Positions 38,906 through 50,437 of a DNA stretch of 64,000 bases are shown in pieces. The stretch spans positions 24,800,001 through 24,864,000 of the forward strand of contig OZ249448.1 of the NCBI GenBank assembly GCA_965235115.1. Direction: 5' to 3'. Under the pieces are notes generated by a model, which searched no databases, was not told the origin of the DNA, and worked only from the letters and a program-made list of their open reading frames with translations. The DNA comes from Laetmonice hystrix (Eukaryota). Position numbers and translations under genes: made by a program. Every line of letters starts with the position of its first letter. The stretch's first letter is position 1.

Positions 38906-39726
38906 TCCCCGTTATATTACAAGTTGTTTTACGGCAGATGTGCCTGGTTTCCGCAGGCTGCCACATCCTTTGGTGCATTGTACTTCTAGTCCCCATGATG
39001 GGTGATCGATGGGTACCTATGTATATGGATGCGAGGGGATGTCCCCTCCGCTCTGCCTTTTTCGAGGATTAGGGCTGAATCTTTATTTTCTTGTTTTAAA
39101 GTTGTTCAAGAAGTCATTTTAGGTCGGTAGGTTGTGTTAGTAAGTCAGGTCACTTCTACTGTATTTTAGTGTGTACTATGTGTTTACGCTTTTTGGATCT
39201 GCCTCGCCTTCGGGCTATGGTGGGACCGTCTGCACTTAAATATCTTGTTCATTAACTTTGTAAATTATCTGTCAAATTTTCAATGTACTATTTTGTTAAT
39301 TTGGTAATATTAGGTATCTTCGATAAAATTATTAACAATGTCAGTCAGGGTTGTCACCTTAGTTAAATGTTGCCTATTTAGTTTTTACTTTGTGTTGAGG
39401 GCTATAATTATATTATATATTTATCGTAATTTCGTCTAACTATATAATTTCAATGTTAACTATAAAGGTAATAAGTATTATCGTATTATTGGGTGGTTAA
39501 TTTGATTTGTCATAATGTATAAGCGGAATTTATGCAATTTTTTGATATTGAGTTGATTGTATTTGTCATAGGGCAGTAACTATTATTCCTCTGCCAGATG
39601 TTTCTTCGGTCTTTTGTTATTTTCCATTTTAGGTGGACGACAGGCTGAGCATATGGCTTTGGTGCATGGGTCGTGGGACGTATTCTATATTTACACATTC
39701 ATTTGTACTGATAAGAGCTGATGGAA

Positions 39727-40780
39727 GGCTGAGTATGTGTCTTTGGTAGACTTTGGAGGTTTACTGATGTGGGTAAGGTCAATTCCCCGTGTTTTGAACC
39801 TGTGATGTTGTTCGAAGGCTGAGTGTTGATTTATATTATTCAAGGTTCGGTATGGTTCAGAGGTTGTTTTGGTTTAGAATTTCCTTTAGTTACCATCTCT
39901 ATGGAATGTCTTTCTTGTAGGTATGTGGAATACTTGCCGCGTAGAGGCTTAACCCATGTTTGTGGTTGGTCTCGGATATCAAGGCCTTTAACTTGTTCAT
40001 GTGATCCTGTGGTTATTATGTGTATGTGATGTGGTTATGTGGTTATTATGTGTATAGGCTTAACCCATGTTTGTGGTTGGTCTCGGATATCAAGGCCTTT
40101 AACTTGTTCATATGATCCTGTGGTTATTATGTGTATGTGATGTGGTTATGTGGTTATTATGTGTATGTGTATATACGGAGATCAGTTATCTTTTTAAGTT
40201 TTGGGAACCCTCCCGGGCCCAAGAGATCCGATGTTGGATGTATGTTGGACTCCCAAGCGTGAAGCGTTTCCACGGTTTTTGACTACGACTTTCATGGTTC
40301 CTGATACGTTTGGCTGAGTATGTGTCTTCGGTTGACTTTGGAGATTTGCTGATGTGGGTAGGTCAATTCCCCGTGTTTTGAACCTGTGATGTTGTTCGAA
40401 GGGCTGAGTGTCGAATTATATTATTCAGGGTTCGGTATGGTTCAGAGGTTGTTTTGGTTTAGTGGTTCCTTTAGTTACCATCTCTATGGAATGTATTTCT
40501 TGTAGGTATGTGGAATACTTGCCGCGTATAGGCTTAACCCATGTTTGTGGTTGGTCTCGGATATCAAGGCCTTTAACTTGTTCATATGATCCTGTGGTTA
40601 TTATGTGATGTGGTTATGTGGTTATTATGTGTATGTGTATATACGGAGATCAGTTATCTTTTTAAGTTTTGGGGAACCTCCCGGGCCCAAGAGATCCGAT
40701 GTTGGATGTATGTTGGACTCCCAAGCGTGAACCGATTCCACGGTTTTTGACTACGACTTTCATGGTTCCTGCTACGTTTG
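39727..40780. repeat. Internal direct duplication within the element (39727-40311 vs 40312-40780)
   Basis: Both copies begin GGCTGAGTATGTGTCTT and end CATGGTTCCTG(A/C)TACGTTTG; the first has an extra ~100-bp internal tandem duplication; scattered substitutions. Confidence 0.9.
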
Positions 40781-41540
40781 CGCGTCCTTCACCTCCAGTA
40801 TTTGTTATTCCAGTAGTCTTCCCTTTTTACGTTACCTTATGCTTACGTTACGATCCGTGTATCATTAAATGTTGGGCTCTGTAGCTGTCTGGTGGGTACT
40901 AGTTTGGTACCGTACAAAGTGGTAGGTAAGTGCTCGGGGGCGGCTAGATAGACGAAGCGTTGAAGGAGGTGGATGAAGTAAGCTTTAATTGGAATGTTGT
41001 CCGGTGCAGTGACGAGGCAGCTTTGTCGCCCGGTTCAGTGACGAGGAAGTTTGGATTGTTGCCCGGTTCGGTTATTTATTATTAAATATTTATAGTATGG
41101 TCCCAGGTGGTAGAATGGGATACCGTCACGTTTTTCCACCAGTTTCTCAGTCTATCACAATTTCCCAGGATAAGTAAGTATGGTGTAATGGAGTTTAATG
41201 GTGGGTGCTTCCTGTTTGGTCAAGCAGCTGGGTGTTATAACTTGTTAACCTGACGTTATGATGTTGACTCCAAGGATCTAAGGTCTTCTTCCGTACGTCT
41301 TAGGATTCAAAGCCTTGATATGCTTGTTGCAGGTACACCAGATGCCCCTAATCGGACTGGATGATGATGGGTTCCGCTATCCGTTCGTTTAGGCCAGGAG
41401 ATGATCTGTGCCTAATTTCCAAGTTGTGTCTGACGGTGATGCGTAGATTTGGCTCCTGGTGCGGTGTCAGCGGGTCGCGTTAGGAGTCTTTTCTCCTGCC
41501 TTCTTTGGTGGCTCCAGCTTCATCTTCGATTCCGCTTAGT

Positions 41541-41812
41541 GGCATTGTCTCCACCTAATAAGGCATTACTATACATATATCTATGTATTTTGGACTATGT
41601 ATTTCCATATAATGTATTATCGGTTATGTATTATATTACTTAGTATTGTTATGTTGTTACATATATCAGTTACACCTTATATAGATTTATCATTTACCAT
41701 ATTATAATGTTTGTAGAGTCCCCCATTGCATGGGGTGATCAACGGGTTACTATGTGAATAAAATGTAACCTACAGCAAAGCATTCCCGTTCTCCGAGTTT
41801 GACTGCATAAAT
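41541..41812 (+). repeat. Repeat B1
   Basis: Identical to 42275-42546; AT-rich; CCCCAT-TGC-ATGGGG hairpin 41721-41735; AATAAA 41757-41762. Confidence 0.95.
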
Positions 41813-42112
41813 CCGAGCTCGGCGCCAAAGAGCCGGGATCATTTATGGAGGAGAAACGAGGGGTTTGCGTAGGTATATTAGTATAGGTACTCGCACATAT
41901 GTATCTAGGACCCATGTCGTGTGCTCAGTATGTATTGTCGAGGTAATGTAAACAATAGCTGTACTCCCGTTAACCACCATCTTGGTTCTCGCCTCTCGCG
42001 CGGTCTGGGTCGGAAATGACGAAGGCGACTTGGGAGACGATCCGGAGGGTATAAATACAACCGAGCAGAAGAGTCGAGTTCTCTACCTTTGGAAGCTTCG
42101 TGGCAATCAGAC
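41810..42112 (+). repeat. Repeat A2
   Basis: Second copy of A, overlapping B1 by AAT; TATAAA 42050-42055. Confidence 0.95.
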
Positions 42113-42274
42113 GGCCCACCTCCGCCCCGACTCCTCCATGTTTCAACGCCTTTGCCTGGTTTAAATTATGTTTTTATGTAGACCTACTGGGTTTGGCTTG
42201 GGGTCAGCATGGCTGCCCGAGTTCTTTTCTCAGTTTGGTTGGATAGGGATGTATTTGGGTTCCTGGATGTTGTG

Positions 42275-42546
42275 GGCATTGTCTCCACCTAATAAGGCAT
42301 TACTATACATATATCTATGTATTTTGGACTATGTATTTCCATATAATGTATTATCGGTTATGTATTATATTACTTAGTATTGTTATGTTGTTACATATAT
42401 CAGTTACACCTTATATAGATTTATCATTTACCATATTATAATGTTTGTAGAGTCCCCCATTGCATGGGGTGATCAACGGGTTACTATGTGAATAAAATGT
42501 AACCTACAGCAAAGCATTCCCGTTCTCCGAGTTTGACTGCATAAAT
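42275..42546 (+). repeat. Repeat B2 (right terminus)
   Basis: Second copy of B; AATAAA 42491-42496; ends GACTGCATAAAT. Confidence 0.95.
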
Positions 42547-43191
42547 ACTGTCCTATAAAACAACGATTGCTTGAGAACGTGGGCCCCAGATGTCTGAGAG
42601 GGAGAAAACGCAAGCCACCTCGCTTGCTTTACTCGGCAAACCCGCCACTCAGATCCTGACTGTGCCATGATACATCACCCGGATTATCGGACGTTAATCT
42701 CTTTGTCTGGGACCGACATCTTCCACGTCTGTGCATACGTTGACCTACTTACAGCATAAAACATTGAGGGCGACATCTCAAGGTCACCCCTGCCGCCAGA
42801 TCGACAAATAACCAGACTGTACCTTCCGGGCCACCGTAGTTCCCACGTCACATACAACAGTGGCTGACCATAGTGGCTTTGTTTCTCGTTATATTCGGTT
42901 ATATTGTTAAAAGTGAATCATAACATTGAATTTCTCATAACAAATGTGTATTGTCGTCGGTCCGTTTGGACTGGAAGGTGTCCTATTCTAATCTATTCTA
43001 TTCCTATTCCTATTCTAATTTCCTGACCAGGAAACAACGTTGACCGGTCCAAGCAATAGCGGTTGTATCGCGTGAGCAGTGGAGTGATTTCACGGGTGTA
43101 ACACTACCTGACCTGACTCCTCCCTCCTATAGGTAAAACGTGGCTAAACTCTTGTAAAACGTTCTGCCACACCCACAACAATCACGTCCAC

Positions 43192-43344
43192 NNNNNNNNN
43201 NNNNNNNNNNNNNNNNNNNNNNNNNNNNNNNNNNNNNNNNNNNNNNNNNNNNNNNNNNNNNNNNNNNNNNNNNNNNNNNNNNNNNNNNNNNNNNNNNNNN
43301 NNNNNNNNNNNNNNNNNNNNNNNNNNNNNNNNNNNNNNNNNNNN
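43192..43344. other. Assembly gap (153 N)
   Basis: N run. Confidence 1.
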
Positions 43345-43499
43345 GAGAGGGATTTCCCCGTATAGATGTAAATTCATAAAAAGTAAAAAGAATCGCAGAG
43401 ATGGGTCCTAGCTATGAGTGCGTAATAATATATTCGAGGAGGGTGAAAACCTTTCAATTCCTCGTCCCAACCCTAGCATGCGGCCACAGTGGGGGTGGT

Positions 43500-43530
<31 letters not shown>

Positions 43531-43875
43531 TAGGGGTTCCCCACTGCCGACAATGGGATGAGGGGACAGTGGGGTCCACTGGGAGACACCGCACGACCTC
43601 GTTCCCACAGTCTGAAACTCCCAACACGAGTTGACAGTTCTACTGCAGGGTCTTTAGATGTCACCATCAACACAATAAAGTCTTTACATGTCAACCTCAT
43701 GTCACAACATGTCCATATCGGCAGCCAATCACCACTAATTATTTCATTGGTGGAGTCTGCTAACGAGTGGGTCCCGTCAGGTCACAGTTACTGTGACGTC
43801 ACAACCCTGTGTCCGTCCGTCAAAATGAGTTCAGTCACGTGATCCGTAAATCCGTCCAGTATGGAGATATTCTAG

Positions 43876-44042
43876 CATGGAAACTTAGGAATATCCTGGA
43901 ACAAACTTAACTGCACATTTGGAATGGATTGTTTCAAGGTGCGCCCTCTTTATTGTCCTTTCTTTGAGGTTAAAAGATTATGCATCTCCTTCCTCAAAGA
44001 CACCATGTTTTCTATCACACTGACTGATGTCTCAGACCTTAG
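43876..44042 (+). CDS. Tentative exon HGNLGISWNKLNCTFGMDCFKVRPLYCPFFEVKRLCISFLKDTMFSITLTDVSDL
   Basis: 167-nt single open frame ending ag|gtaatt; alternative acceptor at 43969. Confidence 0.3.
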
Positions 44043-44666
44043 GTAATTTAGTAAATTAATACAGCCTCATTGACATTTTTACTAATTGCTCCAATAAAAC
44101 AATGAACTTTTTCTGTTCATACAACTTGTCAGTATGCCCCCCAGCGCCCCCAAGTGTTGGCGACCCGCCCGGGGTCCTGCAGTTCTGGTATTCCCCCACC
44201 CTCTGACCCCATAGCCCCAGAAAGGTCAGCAGTAATATAGCAGTGCTATTCTGGGTGTCCTATATAACTGGATGACCTCACAGACTCCTGACATGGAAAT
44301 AACGACAGATTCCATAACAACAACTGGGGAGTACAGCGGTCCCACCAACCTCCGTACAGTCGCTCAGGACATCAGTTCATATCTCAACATGTAGCTTCTT
44401 CATTCTCCCCCAACTTACCGACCAAAACCATTTCAGCCATCTCTGAAAGTAATATTTTATATAGATTAACATCTGCCTTTTCTCTGGCATTAGCCGATGC
44501 AATATCTTATCTTAGCACCTGCCTCTGAGACTGACGGCCGTACGTGTATTCTCTGATAACAGACCATGAACCTGGATTCACTCTCTGCCACCACCGAGTC
44601 GGGAACTCAATAAACATTCCGGCATCATTAGTTCATGCTGCAACAGGACAAACTGAACTAATCACA

Positions 44667-45940
44667 TGGACGTCACTAAGACTGCTACAATAGGACAGCT
44701 TGAATCAATCAAATGGACGTCACTAAGACTGCTACAATAGGACAGCTTGAATCAATCAAATTGACGTCACTGAGACTGCTGCAACCGGACAGCTTCAATC
44801 AAATGGACGTCACTGAGACTGCTACAATAGGACAGCTTGAATCAATCAAATGGACGTCACTAAGACTGCTACAATAGGACAGCTTCAATCAATCAAATGG
44901 ACGTCACTGAGACTGCTGCAACAGGACAGCTTCAATCAATCAAATGGACGTCACTGAGACTGCTGCAACAGGACAGCTTGAATCAATCAAATGGACGTCA
45001 CTGAGACTGCTGCAACAGGACAGCTTGAATCAATCAAATGGACGTCACTGAGACTGCTGCAACCGGACAGCTTGAATCAATCAAATGGACGTCACTAAGA
45101 CTGCTGCAACAGGACAGCTTGAATCAATCAAATGGACGTCACTGAGACTGCTGCAACAGGACAGCTTAAATCAATCAAATGGACGTCACTAAGACTGCTA
45201 CAATAGGACAGCTTGAATCAATCAAATGGACGTCACTAAGACTGCTGCAACAGGACAGCTTGAATCAATCAAATGGACGTCACTAAGACTGCTACAATAG
45301 GACAGCTTGAATCAATCAAATGGACGTCACTAAGACTGCTACAATAGGACAGCTTGAATCAATCAAATGGACGTCACTGAGACTGCTGCGACAGGACAGC
45401 TTCAATCAATCAAATGGACGTCACTGAGACTGCTGCAACAGGACAGCTTGAATCAATCAAATGGACGTCACTAAGACTGCTGCAACCGGACACCTTGAAT
45501 CAATCAAATGGACGTCACTGAGACTGCTACAACCGGACAGCTTGAATCAATCAAATGGACGTCACTGAGACTGCTGCAACAGGACAGCTTGAATGAATCA
45601 AATGGACGTCACTAAGACTGCTGCAACCGGACACCTTGAATCAATCAAATGGACGTCACTGAGACTGCTGCGACAGGACAGCTTCAATCAATCAAATGGA
45701 CGTCACTGAGACTGCTACAACCGGACAGCTTGAATCAATCAAATGGACGTCACTGAGACTGCTGCAACAGGACAGCTTAAATCAATCAAATGGACGTCAC
45801 TAAGACTGCTGCAACCGGACAGCTTGAATCAATCAAATGGACGTCACTGAGACTGCTGCAACAGGACAGCTTGAATCAATCAAATGGACGTCACTGAGAC
45901 TGCTGCAACAGGACAGCTTGAATCAATCAAATGGACGTCA
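44667..45940. repeat. 47-bp minisatellite, ~27 copies
   Basis: ATGGACGTCACTGAGACTGCTGCAACAGGACAGCTTGAATCAATCAA. Confidence 0.98.
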
Positions 45941-45984
45941 AAAAGACAGTGTGGATCACTGAGTGATAGAATCGTTCCTACCAG

Positions 45985-46310
45985 CAAAGTTCATGCCACC
46001 ATGGAGGCCACCCCTCCACGACTCAGTCATGAGTCACGTCTTCCGTTGCTACCCTGAGCTGTTTGTGATGAGTCACTGTGACCAGACTCAGACCCTGGAT
46101 GGAATGATTCCCGTCCTGACGATCCCGTCACACAACCCAGACACCCTATCATCACACAGTGATATTCCCCCATGGATGCAGTCAATCGAGGGCTATAGGG
46201 TCGAACAGAGGGGGCCTGCCGAGGTCTGGAGACCGGGCCACAGGATATTGTCGGGCAGAGGGGGCCTTGCCATTTCGTCCAATCAAATGCCGAGTAGGAC
46301 GCACGTGACA
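45985..46310 (+). CDS. Putative large exon (phase 1-0) KFMPPWRPPLHDSVMSHVFRCYPELFV...MPSRTHVT
   Basis: gttcctaccag| and aca|gtaagc; 326 nt open inside unique-sequence ORF 45963-46406. Confidence 0.45.
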
Positions 46311-46924
46311 GTAAGCCTAGCTGCTCTCAACTGTGTTGGAATATCACTATCCTTATCCCTAACTAACCGTAAATCCCTAAGAGTTAATAACCAATGTTAT
46401 CTCTAACTCTAACCTTAACTCTAACCCTTTTTGAACAATTTGACTCCAAGCGTCATGGCAAACCTGTTTGGGGAAAAAATTTCGCGACCGGGCCAAAGGA
46501 TATTAAAGATTACGTTTGAATGGTCACATATATTTTCAGTTTTAGATCTTGCCACCAAAATTCTTGGAGATAGTACTACGGGGGATCGGGGAAAGTTTTA
46601 TTTCTGTCTGTTACAGGAAACGGTCACTGTCCTGTTGGGGGGAAGTGGGCGGATGGAAGGTCTGCCTTGTATGCCCACTTACTAATCTGTATCCACATGT
46701 GAGTCACGCTTTGTGGGCAGGACACTAGACTCTATCCAACGTCTGCTGACTGGTGAGAGTCTATATGCGGACTGCAACTCCCCACTGCCTGAAGGCGTAG
46801 GTTGTCATGACAACGTCACGTGATCAGAACTCTTCATCCGTAGACGGTCCCCGAGGACCTCCTAGAGTTTGGTGGTGGTGGTTGGTGTGAGACCCACGGT
46901 CCTCCTACAGCCCTGGTCCAAGGC

Positions 46925-47890
46925 GATCACTAAGGTCATCACAAAGGACATCACTAAGGTCATCACAAAGGACATCACTAAGGTCATCACAAAGGACATC
47001 ACTAAGGTCGTCACAAAGGACATCACTAAGGTCGTCACAAAGGACATCACTAAGGTCATCACAAAGGACATCACTAAGGTCATCACAAAGGACATCACTA
47101 AGGTCATCACAAAGGACATCACTAAGGTCATCACAAAGGACATCACTAAGGTCGTCACAAAGGACATCACTAAGGTCGTCACAAAGGACATCACTAAGGT
47201 CGTCACAAAGGACATCACTAAGGTCATCACAAAGGACATCACTAAGGTCGTCACAAAGGACATCACTAAGGTCGTCACAAAGGACATCACTAAGGTCATC
47301 ACAAAGGACATCACTAAGGTCATCACAAAGGATATCACCAAGGGGATAACCAAGGAGATCATTGAGGTCATCACTAAGGTCATCACTAAGGTCATCACCA
47401 AGGACATCACCAAGGGGATAACCAAGGAGATCACTAAGGTCATCACCAAGGACATCACCACGGGATAACCAAGGAGATCACTAAAGTCATCACTAAGGAC
47501 ATCACCAAGGGGATAACCAAGGAGATCACTAAGGTCATCACTAAGGACATCACCACGGGATAACCAAGGAGATCACTAAGGTCATCACTAAGGACATCAC
47601 CAAGGGGATAACCAAGGAGATCACTAAGGTCATCACTAAGGTCATCACCAAGGGGATAACCAAGGAATCATTGAGGTCATCACCAAGGACATCACCAAGG
47701 GGATAACCAAGGAGATCACTAAGGTCATCACTAAGGTCATCACTAAGGTCATCACTAAGGTCATCACTAAGGTCATCACTAAGGTCATCACCAAGGGGAT
47801 AACCAAGGTCATCACTAAGGTCATCACTAAGGTCATCACCAAGGGGATAATCAAGGAGATCACTATGAGCGTCACTAAGGACATCACTAA
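46925..47890. repeat. 12/24/48-bp hierarchical minisatellite
   Basis: ATCACTAAGGTC and ATCACAAAGGAC 12-mers; explains ORFs 46862-47896. Confidence 0.97.
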
Positions 47891-48134
47891 GCACATTAAT
47901 GATTCGGTTGTCCGTGGACCTAACCAGCTGGGACAGGGCGTATAAAATAAGAACCAGTCACACCATATACCATCCCTTAGTTACTCTTACACTGTCTCGA
48001 AAAATGAGGTTCCGTCAGATTAATGTCAGAGCGGACCGTCTCTGACAGATTCTGTCCCAACCCGCTGTCGTGTCCACCTGATGAACGAACCGGCCCCTCT
48101 CAGGGACACTCTCCACGCACATTCTTCTTCACAG

Positions 48135-48164
48135 CTCGGTGATGTAGCAGCTGTGTTCCCGGCG
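48135..48164 (+). CDS. Tentative exon (phase 0-0) LGDVAAVFPA
   Basis: cattcttcttcacag| and gcg|gtaagc. Confidence 0.35.
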
Positions 48165-48887
48165 GTAAGCCAACACCTCTGATGGGAAAGCGTTAAAGCT
48201 TGGAGTCTCCACTCGTAAGATGTCGAGGTGTTTCCTGAAGGCCTATTTGATTGGGGGGGGGGGATTCCCCTTTAAATTAGTTACTCCCCGCAAATCTTCT
48301 GGCTTTATTTTTTCGCTCCCCTATATAGGCACTCCCCATCAAAGTGAGTTTAAAAACTCTCCCGAAATGTAAGATCGTAAAGGAAAGCCTAGAATACTCA
48401 CTCATCATCACGATGGCCTTCCATGTGGTTTCAAAGAAACGGGGAAATTTAATCACGTAGAAACCCTCTTTCTTTAAGCCATAAAACATCATTGTGTATT
48501 TGATTTCAACTCTGGTACATTCTGATATTTCACCACATATCGCCATAGCAGCAGGAATCATTAATGTGCTTACTCACCTGATAGAAAGATGAAGAAACAG
48601 AAATATCAGGTTTCCCACGTCGGTCTCACAAACTTCTCCTTAATTGAAAGAACGCCAGAACTGAGAGTCAAGTAAGGACATGCATTAATAATATTTTAAA
48701 GCTCCATGTAAAACGTGTTTTGGGTTGACCGACTTGATTTTATTCCTCTGTTTTTTCTTTCTCAAGTATGTTTTTTGGTGAGGACCATTAACACTTGTTA
48801 ATTGGCCAGGGTCAACTGTTCTGTCCTAGTAACTCAGAGTGTGAGTCGAGCATTGTCCATCTTGACCACGTGACCATGTGGTCAGTT

Positions 48888-49291
48888 TGACCCCCGCATG
48901 GCGGCCTTGACCTGCCGGAAGGATTGTGACCCGAGGATCAGGCCTGACCCCCACATGGCGGCCTTGACCCGCCGGAAGGATTGTGACCCGAGGATCAGGC
49001 CTGACCCTCGCGTGGCGGCCTTGACCTGCCGGAAGGATTGTGACCCGTCGATCAGGCCTGACCCTCGCGTGGCGGCCTTGACCCGCCGGAAGGATTGTGA
49101 CCCGAGGATCAGGCCTGACCCTCGCGTGGCGGCCTTGACCTGCCGGAAGGATTGTGACCCGAGGATCAGGCCTGACCCTCGCGTGGCGGCCTTGACCTGC
49201 CGGAAGGATTGTGACCCGAGGATCAGGCCTGACCCTCGCGTGGCGGCCTTGACCTGCTGGAAGGGTTGTGACCCGAGGATCAGGCCTGACC
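48888..49291. repeat. 57-bp minisatellite, 7 copies
   Basis: TGACCCTCGCGTGGCGGCCTTGACCTGCCGGAAGGATTGTGACCCGAGGATCAGGCC. Confidence 0.97.
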
Positions 49292-49330
49292 CGCCACTGC
49301 TGCCTCACCCTGTTTTTGTACCCCACTCAG

Positions 49331-49367
49331 GCCATCCACGGACGGATGTACGCCGTCTTTAACACGG
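49331..49367 (+). CDS. Tentative exon (phase 0-1) AIHGRMYAVFNT
   Basis: tttttgtaccccactcag| and g|gtaatc; compatible with 48164. Confidence 0.35.
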
Positions 49368-49774
49368 GTAATCAACTCAGCGCCCCCTCACGGTGTCACC
49401 GGCCACGATCGATGGCGAGTTTCCCCTTTTTGCTCTCGTTACAATGTTGAGAGATGCTGATACGGTTTCTAGCTGTAGCCAACGCCACCTGCTGTCGGAT
49501 ACCAACATCTTACCCCCCCCCCCCCACATCATTAAAGTTTTTTTCTGCCAGTACATATGCATTTTTGGCACGTTTTCCTGACTAGTGTGCTCCGTCTAGG
49601 CATCACCCAAGCTCACTGACATTTACACAGGAATCTCTCTCCTCTGACACATTTTTTTTAAATTTCGAGTAAAGACATCCGGTTTGTGAAATGGTTACCT
49701 TAGAGCTTGTAACACGAGTCCCATGGTAACATATGACGTCTCCTCCTGTTTAATATGAATCCTTTTTTCTGTTT

Positions 49775-50103
49775 CCTAATATACGAAACCCGACTCATGA
49801 AGAGGTCTCAGCGGTAGGCGGAACGCAACAAGTACAGACACTGGTCAATATCCCACTCCCACTCATCAGGAGTAGAGAGTGTCTCCTAATATACGAAACC
49901 CGACTCATGAAGAGGTCTCAGCGGTAGGCGGTACGCAGCAGGTGTACAGACACTGGTCAATATCCCACTCCCACTCATCAGGAGTAGAGAGTGTCTCCTA
50001 ATATACGAAACCCGACTCATGAAGAGGTCTCTGCTGTAGGCGGTACGCAGCAGGTATACTGACACTGGTCAATGTCCCACTCCCACCCATCAGGAGTAGA
50101 GAG
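49775..50103. repeat. ~110-112-bp tandem, 3 copies
   Basis: CCTAATATACGAAACCCGACTCATGAAGAGG... at 49775, 49885, 49997. Confidence 0.93.
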
Positions 50104-50392
50104 TAACCGCCTCTTCACTCCCAACTTTATATACTACTCACAAAATGGCACCTGGTAAAATCAATGAATGGCACGATGAATTCTGGTGTCGGAATTGTAC
50201 ATTATGAGACAGTTGGCTCTAATAAAATAAAAATCCTCAACCATTCCATGCATCTCGACAAAATTATACACTTCATAATGTGACATATAATGTGTTATAG
50301 ACGTTCATGTTAGAACTTTAACAATGTAGTATTTACTCATATAAGCATAACAAAACCTCAAGGGTTGGGCAGTACGAGACGAATCTACACAG

Positions 50393-50437
50393 GTTACCAG
50401 GAGGCAGCCAGAGAGAGTTGTGTAGACAAGTGTCTAT
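50393..50437 (+). CDS. Tentative exon (phase 1-1) YQEAARESCVDKCL
   Basis: atctacacag| and t|gtaagg; compatible with 49367. Confidence 0.3.

Larger units (their letters stand above)
36426..42546 (+). mobile_element. Split-direct-repeat (A1...B1A2..B2) element, PAT/Ngaro-like DIRS-order retrotransposon, probably non-autonomous
   Basis: A1 36426-36728 = A2 41810-42112 (303 bp). B1 41541-41812 = B2 42275-42546 (272 bp). Copies are identical by eye. An AAT core is shared at the left end, the B1/A2 joint and the right end, with no TSD. TATAAA in A and AATAAA in B give + polarity. No RT/YR ORF seen. Confidence 0.75.

Noticed and set aside
38945-38970. Possible frameshifted FRRGAATS tyrosine-recombinase motif
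   Set aside because: Needs an indel, lacks the preceding HS and the downstream GRW motif; too short
41810-42546. A-x-B as a conventional LTR
   Set aside because: No TG...CA ends, no TSD, no PBS/PPT recognised, and the first A and B are separated by 4.8 kb of different sequence
46350-46427. Telomere-like TAACCC/TAACTC tract (also ~58790-58820)
   Set aside because: Short and degenerate, not a true (TTAGGG)n array
46862-47896. VITKDIT / VMTLVMS repeat proteins
   Set aside because: Both strands are open only because of the 12/24-bp unit
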